Below are positions 13,690-24,399 of a stretch of 64,000 nt of DNA, one piece after another. The stretch is from Chiloscyllium plagiosum (lineage: Eukaryota). The number at the start of each line of letters is the position of its first letter. The first letter of the stretch is position 1. The stretch lies in the NCBI RefSeq assembly GCF_004010195.1, contig NC_057718.1, forward strand, positions 62,445,928 through 62,509,927. The letters are read 5' to 3'. The notes under the pieces are model-generated. The model was not told the DNA's origin and ran no database searches. It worked only from the letters and a program-made list of their open reading frames with translations. The position numbers and the translations under genes are program-made.

Positions 13690-16600
13690 AGATAAATTAT
13701 ACAAGGGGGACGGGTTGCACCTTAGTAGGTGGGGGACCAGCATTCTGGCAGGCACGTTTTCCACTGTAACATAGTTGTGTTTAAAATAAGTAGTGGAGGG
13801 GAGGGGACAAACTGGAAATTCAAGAAGTAAGTTAAAGGGAAAGTGAGAATAAGATAAGTTAAGAAAGACAACCGAATCAACGGAGCAGAAAACTCAAAAA
13901 GGGATCATACAATATGGTCAAGTGAAATAGGGATTGATAGGAAGTGTGAGGGGAGTAACAAATTTAAAATATTATATATGAATGCACGAAGCATAAGAAA
14001 TAAGGTGGATGAGCTTGAGGCTCAGCTGGAAATTGGCGAGTTTGATGTTGTAGGGATAACTGCGATGTGCCTTCAAGTGGACAGGGAAATGACTATGCAA
14101 GGCTATACATGCTATCAAAAGAACTGACTGATGGACAGAGAGGGTGGGATGGCCCTATTGGTATTCAGTCCCTTGCGAGGGAGGACATAAAATCAGGAGA
14201 TGTAGAGTCAGAATGGATAGAGCTGAGAAATTCTAAGGGTAGAAAGACCCTAATGGGAGTTATCTACAGGCCCCCAAACAGTAGTCTGGATGTAGGGTGT
14301 AAGTTGAATAAGAAGTTAAAATTGGCCTGTCGCAACGGTATTGCTACAGTTGTTATGGGGGATTTCAAAATGCAGGTAGACTGGAAGAATCAGGATGGTA
14401 CTGGATCCCAAGAAAAGGAGTTTGTGGAGTGCCCCAGAGATGGATTCTTAGAACAGCTTGTACTGGAGCCTACCGGGGAGAAGGCAATTCTGGATCTGGT
14501 GTTGTGCAATGAACCGGATTTGATCAGCAAACTCGAAGTAAAGGAGCCATTAGGAGGTAGTGACCATAATATGATAAGTTTTACTCTGCAATTTGAGAGG
14601 GAGAAGGGAGAAGCGGAAGCGTCAGTATTGCAGTTGAACAAAGGGAATTATGGAGCTATGAGGGAGGAGCTGGCCAAAGTTCAATACCCTAGCAGTGATG
14701 ACAGTGGAACAACAATGGCAGGTATTTCTGGATATAATGCAGAAGGTGCAGGATCAGTTCATTCCAAAGAGGAAGAAAGATCCTAAGGGGAGGTAGGGGT
14801 GGCTGTGGCTGACGAGGGAAGTTAAGGACTATATTAAGATAAAAGAGAACAAGTCAAACATAGATGAGTGGGAAGCCGGAGGACTGGGAAATTTTTAAAG
14901 AGCAACAGAGGATAACTAAAAAAGCAATATGCAGAGAAAAAATGATGTGCTGGCCAAAAATATAAAGGAAGATAGTAAAAGCTTTTTTCGATATGTGAAA
15001 AGTCAAAAAAATGGTCAAGACTAAAAATGGATCCTTGAAGACAGAAACGGGTGAATTTATTATGGGGAACAAGAAAATGGCAGAAGAATTAAATACGTAC
15101 TTTGGATCTGTCTTCCCTGGGGAAGACACAAGCAATCTCCCAGATGTAATAGTGGCTGAAGGACCTAGGGTAATGGATGAACTGAAGGGAATTTATATTA
15201 GGCAGCAAATGGTGTTGGATAGACTGTTAGGTCTGAAGGCTGATAAGTCCCCCGGACCTGATGGTCTGCATCCCAGGGTACTTAAGGAGGTGGCTCGAGA
15301 AATCGTGGATGCATTGATAGTCTGGTATGGAGGGACGGTCTTACGAGGAAAGGCTGAGGGACTTGAGGCTGTTTTCGTTAGAGAGAAGAAGGTTGATTAG
15401 GTGACTTAATAGAGACATATAAGATAATCAGAGGGTTAGATAGGGTGGACAGGGAGAGCCTCTGACGGCGAGCACGAGGGGGCATAGCTTTAAATTGAGG
15501 GGTGATTGATATAGGACAGATGTCAGCGGTAGTTTCTTTACTCAGAGAGTAGTAAGGGTAAGGAATGCTTTGCCTGCAATGGTAGTAGATTCGCCAACTT
15601 TAAGTACATTTAAGTCGTCATTGGACAAGCATATGGACGTTTGTGGAATAGTGAAGGTTAGATGGGCTTCAAATTGGTATGACAGGTCGGCGCAACATCG
15701 AGGACCGAAGAGCCTGTACTGCGCTATTATGTTCTATGTTCATTTTCCAATGTTCTAAAGATTCAGGATCAGTTCCTGCGGATTGGAGGGTGGCTAATGT
15801 TGTCCCACTTTTCAAGAAAGTAGGGAGAGAGAAAACAGTGAATTATAGATCAGTTAGCCTGATGTCAGTGGTGGGAAAGATGATGGAGTCAATTATAAAA
15901 GATGAAATTATGACTCATTTGGATAGCAGTAACAGGATAGGTCAGAGTCCACATGGATTTATGAAGGGGAAATTGTGCTTGACTAATCTTCTGGAATTTT
16001 TTTGAGGATGTAACTATGAAGATGGACAAGAGAGAGCCAGTGGATGTAGTGTACCTGGACTTTCAGAAAGCCTTTGATAAAGTCCCACATCGGAGATTAA
16101 TGAGCAAAATTAGGGCATATGGTATTGGTGGCAAAATACTGACTTGGATTGAAAATTGGCTGACTGACAGGAAGCAAAGAGTAGTGATAAACGGGTCCCT
16201 TTCGGAATGGCAGGTGGTGACCAGTGGGGTACCATGAGGTTCGGTGCTGGGACCGCAGTTGTTTACAATATACCTTAATGATATAGATGAAGGTATTAAA
16301 AGCAATATTAGCAAATCTGCTGATGATACAAAGCTGGGTGCAGGGTGAAATGTGACGAGGATGTTATGAGAATACAGGGTGACTTGGACAGGCTAGGTGA
16401 GTAGACGGATGCATGGCAGATGCAGTTTAATGTGGATAAATGTGTGGTTATCCACTTTGGTGGCAAGAAAAGGAAGGCAGATTACTATCTAAATGGAGTC
16501 AAGTTAGGTAAAGGAGAAGTACAACAAGATCTAGGTGTTCTTGTACATCAGTCAATGAAAGCAAGCATGCAGGTACAGCAGGCAGTGAAGAATTAGCTAA

Positions 16601-17008
16601 TAGCATGCTGGCCTTCATAAAAAGAGGAATTGAGTATAGGAGTAAGAAGGTCCTTCTGCAGCTGTACAGGGCCCTGGTGAGACCGCACCTGGAGTATTGT
16701 GTGCAGTTTTGGTCCAAATTTGAGGAAGGTCATTCTGGATATTGAGGGAGTGCAGCGTAGGTTCACAAGGTCAATTCCCAGAAAAGCAGGTTTCTCATAT
16801 GTTGAAAGATTGGAGCGACTGGGCTTGTACACACTTGAGTTTAGAAGGATGAGAGGGGATCTGATTGAGATGTATAAGATTATTAAAGGATTGGACACTG
16901 TGGAGGCAGGAAGCATGTTTCCACTGGTGGGTGAGTCCAGAACCAGATGACACAATTTAAAAATAAGGGGTAGGCCATTTAGAACAGAGCTGAGGAGAAG
17001 CTTCTTCT
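13690..17008 (+). mobile_element. CR1 LINE, near-complete degraded ORF2 (EN+RT)
   Basis: ORFs 14067 (GVIYRPPNS..MGDF..SDHNMI), 15011 (KSPGPDGLHPRVLKE), 15679, 16016 (VVYLDFQKAFDKVPH) and 16699. Confidence 0.92.
15321..15739 (+). mobile_element. 5'-truncated CR1 3' end nested in the larger CR1
   Basis: Interrupts the host RT frame between ..VDAL and IFQCS..; ends in a TTATGTTCTATGTT tail. Confidence 0.75.
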
Positions 17009-17045
17009 GCTTGCAGATTTGCTCGCTAAGATGGAAGGTTCATTT

Positions 17046-17085
17046 CCAGACATTTCATCACCCTACTAGGTAACATCTTCAGTGG
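17046..17085 (-). ncRNA. Minimal hammerhead ribozyme motif (family D) in a short Penelope-type fragment
   Basis: Minus strand CCA-CTGAAGA-T-GTTACC-tagtag-GGTGAT-GAAA-TG-TC-TGG; stem I CCA/TGG, GUC triplet, stem III decayed (CG>TG). Confidence 0.65.
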
Positions 17086-17104
17086 GCCTAGTTGTTGATG
17101 TACA

Positions 17105-17770
17105 ATACGTGTTTCTGCACAAATCAATCTCTTTCCTGAGAGTAAGTCTCTCCACTCTCAGCAATCATGCTCACAGTGGGTTCTCTTACATTTAATAGAA
17201 TCTTAATTAGATAATTGTTTTGTTGTATAAATTCACAGGATTCTGTGAGTTGTGTGAATGTAATCACGTAGTAAGCAACAGTCTCTTTTCCACTTTTCGG
17301 TTTAATATTGAACATATATTGTTTATTAATTATGTTCACTCAGATTTCAAAACATGCCTTCAAGGTTTCAAAGTTTATTCAGTTTTGTGTTTTCTGTTAT
17401 TTGGACAGATTGAGGATGAAACATTTTAAATCACAATCTCATTCCAATGGTGATAAAAGTAGGACAATTAATAACTGCTTGGACTTGTTCATTAAAGCTG
17501 TCACAACCTTGTAGATTTGCCACAGCAAGGGGTAAACTGCAAGTTGTTTCATATCACTTTCCATTTCAATTGGAACTGGAAAAGAAAATTTGCAACCATT
17601 TTCTCATATAACGTTCTTTCAATTGTGGTCTGCATCTTTGTTCCTTTCCTGTGACTTCCAAAGGCTTTGAGCAGATTTAGTAACTCCAACAGTCCTGATT
17701 ACCTCTTTAGTGCCTGTGCTGCTCTAAAGCTCTTCAACACTGAAGCTCAACTTCACGCTGACAGTATGTT
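17105..17770 (-). mobile_element. Old Gypsy gag remnant
   Basis: ORF 17124-17339 (QYMFN..KETVAYYV..TQLTESCEF) resembles Gypsy gag ERY.FN..Q..GE.V..YV..L..LA..CEF. Confidence 0.6.
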
Positions 17771-18029
17771 AGAGATGAACGTCATGATTAAGGTCACATG
17801 ACTATACCAAACCAAGCGGCCCATTAGTACATAGACCAATACAGGCCCTTCGGATCTCGACGTTGTGAAGGCCTTCAATGTAAATTTCTATAGCTAAGTT
17901 TCTGGTCAATGATGGTGGGAAAATTCATTGGTGGTAATTCCATAATGGGGAGATTATCCCCAACTGAAGTGAACTTGATCAAGTTAAAAATCACACAACA
18001 CCAGGTTATAGTCCAACAGGTTCATTTGG

Positions 18030-18615
18030 TGTGGGAGATTAGAAATGTTGTTTTTGCATGTGAGGGAGGGGGTGTAGTGGAGGGGGGGGGGGAAGGGAAG
18101 GGGAACATTATACAAACGGTCACGGAATTCTTGTAGCATGTAGCATACTTAAGGCTAAGACTTTAATGAATATTGAGGGTCTTTTAAAGAAAATAGTTTT
18201 AAGCTAGGAAATAACTTTAAAGTGTTGTACTTGACCACAAAAAGCAGCAGCAGGGGCATTTCACAATAAAGCTTATAGTATGATAAGAGAAAATGGATAA
18301 AAGAACAAGTTGTAACAAACAAGGAACAAACAAGGAACAAAGAATGCAGACAAGGACGGCAGGATGGCCAGATAAGAAAATAACTAGAGAGAAAAAAAAC
18401 AATGAGGCAATCGGCTTATGATAGGATGGGAAAAGGGAGGCGTGATTTTGCAACTTGTAAACTGAATAAGAATGCTAACAGGCTCTGTTTTTGCGCGCAT
18501 TTCTGCTTGATTGCAGAAGCGTCTGGTACTTGCAAGGCTGTAATAAATTGTTCTTTTTTCCAAGGCTTTGTCTCAGGCTGATTGATTGATTTATGAGTGA
18601 GTTCTGTTTCTCACA
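18030..18615 (+). repeat. ERV 5' LTR (586 bp)
   Basis: TGTG...TCACA termini, followed by the PBS; aligns along its length with 23298-24154. Confidence 0.92.
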
Positions 18616-18617
18616 AT

Positions 18618-18637
18618 TGGGGGCCTCGTTCCGGGAT
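18618..18637 (+). promoter_or_regulatory. Primer binding site, tRNA-Pro-like
   Basis: TGGGGGCCTCGTTCCGGGAT resembles the MLV-type tRNA-Pro PBS TGGGGGCTCGTCCGGGAT with two extra bases; it starts 2 nt after the LTR terminal CA. Confidence 0.8.
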
Positions 18638-19621
18638 CCAAAACTCCGACTGCTCGACACTCTTGGGATGACGGGGGAGGTGCAACTCGCCGATTTTGGT
18701 GATCTCCGACTCCCTTGCTTGTCTTTCGCGGTTTGGGCGAATATGATCCGGACTGGGAGACCCTGGAAACAAGGCGGGCAGACGCGATGGGTTCGGTTGG
18801 GCAACTCTTGTGCACAAGACCCAGGTAGGGAAAGGTCTTAAAGGATATATCCGGGCGATCGGGGGCAGCGTTATTTGCTGCAGGAATTGCTGCGGGACGG
18901 GACGCACCGAAATGACCAGGTAACTCTGTGCACAGACCAAGGTAAGAAAAGAGACCTTTAAGTATTGCCTTGGTGGTCGGGACATACGAAAGTACGGGGA
19001 ACTGGCAATATATAAAATTAAGCATATGTCAATGGAAAACAGCCCGTGTCAGAAGGGCTAGTAGCTGAAGGGCTATTGAGGGTGCACTTTGTAACTAACT
19101 TATGGCCAGACGTCCAGAAAAATATTCAAAAGCTCGAGGAGTTGTTGCGGGAAGTGTCTGTGAGACATGGTGTCTGTGTGTGTGTGAGAGCGAGAGCGAG
19201 AGAAAAGAGCTGTACAGCAAGTAGAAAGTTTAACCCTTTGTGATTCGGTTTAAATGCACATGTGTTTGTTGGTGATTGAATGTTTGTGCTTTGTTCCCTG
19301 GAGCTTGAGATCCTGGACTGTTTTGAATCTGATTTCTACTATGGAAATTTTAACATGATTTCTTTTAAGGTTAAGGATTTTACAGATTATGAAATAAAAT
19401 GTTAACTCCTGTTCTTTTTACAGGTCATGACTGCCTTATTATCAGTTTCTAACTAATCTATTTTATCCTACATAAAAGTGATTTATGGAGAACAGTTGAA
19501 GTCTCAAAAAGCATATAATTGGTCAGATTAATCGGACGAGTAAGGTGTCTAGTCAGGACCCTGAAGGGGGTGTGGAAGAAGGTGACACCGGACCTTGTTA
19601 AGATTAATTAAATTAGCAACA

Positions 19622-21110
19622 ATGGGAGGCACGGGGAGTTGCCTGGGTAACGATCGATCTGTAAATAATGTTAAAGCGGAATATATTCTGCCCGACAGTC
19701 CTTTGGGGAAAATGTTGGGTAATTGGGAACACAACTCCCGGACGTGGGAGAAAGATAAGGCTACAATGATAAACTATTGTTGTTTCATTTGGACTAGAGA
19801 AAGTATTAAAGCGCCTGGGTTTTTTTTGGCCCAAATATGGGTCCGATGAGGATTGGCTGTGTCAAGATCTTAATATATATGTCAATCGAAAAGAACCGTA
19901 CAGTCAAAAAGAGTCCGATTATGCGGCATGTTGGATAGGGAGCGCGGGAGTAAAATTATGTCCCATGAATACGGAGGAATCGGAAAAAACAATGAAAAAG
20001 GGAAGCCACAATGGGATCCCGTAACGTGTTTGCCGCCCCCATATACTACTCCCCAGAACAAGCCTACAGCTCCCGAAGTAGAACCGACTCCAGACACAGA
20101 AAGGGGAACGGACTCTGAACTAAAAGATGCAGAACCTAGGGTGGCTCAGAAACACTCGAGCCACCACACGTAAAGGAGGGGCAGAGATAATGGAAAATGT
20201 AAAATTATGTCCCTTACGAGACGTTCTGATTGGGGAAGGTACAATCGGATATGTAAACTCTCCTTAACGAGCAGTGAAGTTAGGATCTTTAAAAAGGAAA
20301 TGAAAAGTTTAATAGAGGATCCGGTTGGACTAGCCGAACAATTAGAGCAATCCCTAGGGCCTAATTTATATACCTGGGGAGAACTGATGGCAATTTTAGG
20401 AAGAACGAGGTATGATTAGGAGAGCGGCTTTATAGGAATGGGAAAAAAAGCACCCAGTTGGGGAAGAAGGGGCCCCAGCAGAACAGAAATTCCCAAATGT
20501 TGATCCGCATTGGGAAAATAATGGCAGAGAAGATAGGGAGTCAATGCGAGATCTACGAGAAATGGTAATATTAGGAATTAAAGAGGCGGCACCTAGGTCA
20601 CAAAACTTTGTTAAGGCCTTTGAAGTACGACAAGAGAAGGATGAAACCCCTTCTGCAGTTCTTAAAAGACTCAAGGAGGCCACAAGGAAGTATTCGGGAA
20701 TGGATCCTGATAATCAGATGGCACAGGGACTCTTAAAGGTCCAGTTTGTAACTAAATCATGGCCGGACATACAAAAGAAATTACAGAAATTAGATGGATG
20801 GAGTGAAAGACAGATGGAAGAACTGTTATGTGAGGCACAGAAAGTGTATGTAAAAAGGGAAAACGAGAAGCAGAAACAGAAAGCCAAAATGATAGTGGCG
20901 GCAGTAGAAGAAATAACAAAAAGGAGAATGGGATCAAGGGATAACAGGAAGGGTAGGGGAGGACACTAAAGACAAGGGTCAGATACCCAGGAAAGGAGGC
21001 AACAGGCAGGGTGTCACCATTGCAGGAAAGTGGGGAATTTTAAACAGGAATGCCCGGAATTAGCACGAGAAAGGGAAGCCGTTTCCCTAATGACTTTAGA
21101 TGAAGATTAG
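19622..21110 (+). pseudogene. gag: ERV gag (MA-CA-NC), frameshifted
   Basis: Myristoylation-type start MGGTGS, PPPY late domain (ORF 19928), MHR-like VRQEKDETPSAVLKRL (ORF 20544), degenerate Zn knuckle CHHCRKVGNFKQEC, ending in TAG 21108-21110. Confidence 0.9.
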
Positions 21111-21720
21111 GGGAGTCAGGGGTTCCTTCCTCCTGAGACCCACCGGGAACCCTTGATAAATGTAAAGGTGGGACCTGAAGGGGAGGAGGCAGTATTTTTG
21201 GTGGACACAGGAGCGGCACGATCATCCCTAAGTTTTAGACCTACCGGTGTTAAATTGACCAACAAGAATCTCAGGGTTCCGGAGTAAAAGGCAAGGAATT
21301 CTTGGTGCCTATTTTTGAGCCAACCCTAATTAGAGGAAATGATGAGGAAGTGACAGGACAATTACCAACTGTAGAGTTCAATGATAAGTTTTTAAAGAAC
21401 TATATTGTGGCGCTCGGCTCTTCTTTGTCTGTCCTTAGGATGAAGGGTCTGTTGACCCAGACACCTCCACTTGAGTTCGCAATACATCGGATACGACCAG
21501 GTGATTGGGTCCTGATAAAGACCTGGAAAGATACCAAACTGAACCCAAGCTGGGAGGGACCGTTCCTAACTGACTACTGAAACAGCCATCCGAACTGCTG
21601 AAAAAGGAGTCATCACACTCGTGTTAAGGGCCCCGTGGATGCTCCTTCCCGGTCGGCAGAGTGGCAAGCACATCCTGCAGACAACCCTCTGAAAGTCAAG
21701 CTGAACAAAAAGAATGGACT
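21111..21720 (+). pseudogene. pol: ERV pol remnant: protease joined directly to the integrase C-terminus
   Basis: Protease FLVDTGA (D at 21204), then after ~21350 HRIRPGDWVLIKTWK...PSWEGPF (GPY/F-type IN C-terminus). No RT YXDD, RNase H or IN core. Confidence 0.85.
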
Positions 21721-21847
21721 GAGAAACAGACTATTAAGTATTGGGTAAAAAAAACTGTATCCCAAAACAATTGTAAGTGTTGCATGGACTCACTCCTCCC
21801 TGGTATTTAAAGGGTTAGGGAATAGACAGATAGGGTTGTGAGCTGAA

Positions 21848-23185
21848 ATGAATGGTCAGCTTTATGTTGTCACGATAATATTGGCGCTAGCTGCGAAGGA
21901 GGGTGGGGAAAAAAAAATAATTTTACCACTTTATGTCAGAATTATGCTAAACTAAAGGGGCATACCGACTGTTGGAGTTGGGCGGAGCTCCTATACCATG
22001 GGGAATCCGGAATTCCTCTCACGGTAATACCACTTACCAAAGAAGAAGTGTACGATGTTCAACAATTTGACTCGGGCTCAAATGATACAACTTGGAGATT
22101 TGAAAGGGGTAATTATAACTTTGCGGGATGGTTCCCTCGACCAGCCCCGAAAACTCTGGGTGCTATCGATGGCCTTAGAGTTTCCCCATGAAAGGAGCAG
22201 TAAATACCACTTGCTTCTGTAATCAGAATGATACTGTACCCTTCCGATTAGGAAAATCATCTTGTGTCTACACCAGCCAAGTCACTGCCACAACCATTCC
22301 CCAAATATTAAATGGAACATACCGGGTGGGTGGCTTAAAGGCCTACCCATTTATCCCCGGCGAGAAATACGTTTGGAGTGGCGGATGTAACGGGAATGGG
22401 CGCTGGGACCATCCAGTTCAAACACTGCCTCAAAGCCAGAAAGGATGGAGTGGCTGCTGCTACCTCACCTATATAATTCCCCACTTGAGGCTGTTAAAGA
22501 GAGCCCTAAAAATACCTCGGAATAAACAGGGAGGAAGGCGAGTAACCCGGAAAGTAACCGAAGGAGAATCGCCTCCTCTGGACTTTGATACCTATGCATG
22601 GGACCGCAGGAGCAGGAGTAGAAATACAAAAGTTGGCGGCTTCCCTGGAAGAGTTGGCCAACAATACTGCTGATGTGTTGGCCGAAACCCAATCCCAAGT
22701 AGCAGCCATAACGACCGAAATGATTGCCACTAGACTAACGACTCTTCAGAACAGAATGGCTCTGGATTATATTCTAGCAGAGAAGGGTGGTACCTGTGCA
22801 CTAATTGGAGAGGAATGTTGTACATACATACCTGAGGTCTCCTCTAACATTACTGATTTCTCCAAACATGTGCGAGACACAATCGCCAAGATAAGGGAGG
22901 CCGGTAATCGGTATCGGAACGAAAAAGGATGGGAATGGGGGAAATTGGAGATTGACTGGTTGGGGAAGGTGGTTAGCCAATCTAGCTATCTATGGATTAT
23001 TGATATTAGTGGGTCTGGTGGTAGGGTTCAATGTCCTAAAATGGGTAATGAGCCGACTGATGACATCCCTTGGGGAAGGAACCAAAATAAATCATCAGAT
23101 GCTTTTACAATCAGCAGGTGATATGCAACAAAGAGAAAGTCAAAGAATGCTTCTAGAGTTCAAGAGACGAACAGCACAAATGTAA
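21848..23185 (+). pseudogene. env: ERV env, gamma-type TM, frameshifted
   Basis: Hydrophobic signal after ATG 21848, basic cleavage site RRVTR, immunosuppressive domain LQNRMALDYILAEKGGTC (from 22744), CX6CC (CALIGEECC), membrane anchor in ORF 22952. Confidence 0.9.
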
Positions 23186-23274
23186 AATGTAAGACTGTGA
23201 ACCCCATCGCCAAAAGGAGTAAGAGGGCAGAACATGAGAAAATGACTGAAAGGAGACTTAATAACCCAACAGTT

Positions 23275-23296
23275 AGAGAAAAAGAAAAAGGGGGAA
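23275..23296 (+). promoter_or_regulatory. ERV polypurine tract
   Basis: AGAGAAAAAGAAAAAGGGGGAA directly before the 3' LTR TG. Confidence 0.9.
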
Positions 23297-23297
23297 T

Positions 23298-24154
23298 TGT
23301 GGGAGATTAGAAATGTTGTTTTTGCAGGTGGGGGGNNNNNNNNNNNNNNNNNNNNNNNNNNNNNNNNNNNNNNNNNNNNNNNNNNNNNNNNNNNNNNNNN
23401 NNNNNNNNNNNNNNNNNNNNNNNNNNNNNNNNNNNNNNNNNNNNNNNNNNNNNNNNNNNNNNNNNNNNNNNNNNNNNNNNNNNNNNNNNNNNNNNNNNNN
23501 NNNNNNNNNNNNNNNNNNNNNNNNNNNNNNNNNNNNNNNNNNNNNNNNNNNNNNNNNNNNNNNNNNNNNNNNNNNNNNNNNNNNNNNNNNNNNNNNNNNN
23601 NNNNNNNNNNNNNNNNNNNNNNNNNNNNNNNNNNNNNNNNNNNNNNNNNNNNNGGGGGAAGGGAAGGGGAACATTATACAAACGGTCGTGGAATTCTTGT
23701 AGCATATAGCATACTTAAGGCTAAGACTTTAATGAATATAGAGGGTCTTGTAAAGAAAATAGTTTTAAGCTAGGAAATAACTTTAAAGTGTTGTAGCTGA
23801 CCACAAAAAGAAGCAGTAGGGGCATTTCACAATAAAGCTTATAGTATGATCTGAGAAACTGGATAAAAGAACAAGCTGTAACAAACAAGGAACAAAGAAT
23901 GCAGACAAGGACAGCAGAAGGCCAGATAAGAAAATAACTAGAGAAAAAAAAGTGAGGTAATCGGCTTATGATAGGATGGGAAAAGGGAGGCGTGATTCCG
24001 CAACTTGTAAACTAAATAAGAATGCTAACAGGCTCTGTTTTCGCGCGCATTTCTTATTGATTGCAGAAGTGTCTGGTACTTGCAAGACTGTAATAAATTG
24101 TTCTTGTTTCCAAGGCTTTGTCTCAGGCTGATTGATTTATGAGTGAGTTCTGTT
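23298..24154 (+). repeat. ERV 3' LTR (contains N-gap; terminal TCTCACA missing)
   Basis: Direct repeat of 18030-18615. Confidence 0.9.
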
Positions 24155-24399
24155 GGAAATACTCGTTTTCAGAGCACTGCTCCTTCATCAAGATACAGCT
24201 ACCTGATGAAGGAACAGCGCTACGATCGCTAGTACTTGTTGCGTGATTTTTAACTTTGTCCACCCCAGTCTAAAACCAGCACCTCCACATCACAGTTGTA
24301 GATAGACATTGCCTGCGTAGCACCTGTTTGCTGTTGAAAGTCACTTAATTTAAATGCACCAGGCCTAATGCTCTATTTTCACCAAAGTGAACTTTAAGA

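Larger units (their letters stand above)
18030..24154 (+). mobile_element. Class I (gamma/epsilon-like) endogenous retrovirus, two LTRs, defective (pol internally deleted)
   Basis: Direct-repeat LTRs starting TGTGGGAGATTAG at 18030 and 23298, PBS, PPT, and gag, protease, integrase C-terminus and env remnants in the canonical order. Confidence 0.95.

Noticed and set aside
23336..23653. Apparent 300-bp insertion in the 3' LTR relative to the 5' LTR
   Set aside because: It is an N-gap at a poly-G tract that spans only ~20 bp in the 5' LTR, so the gap size is probably overestimated.
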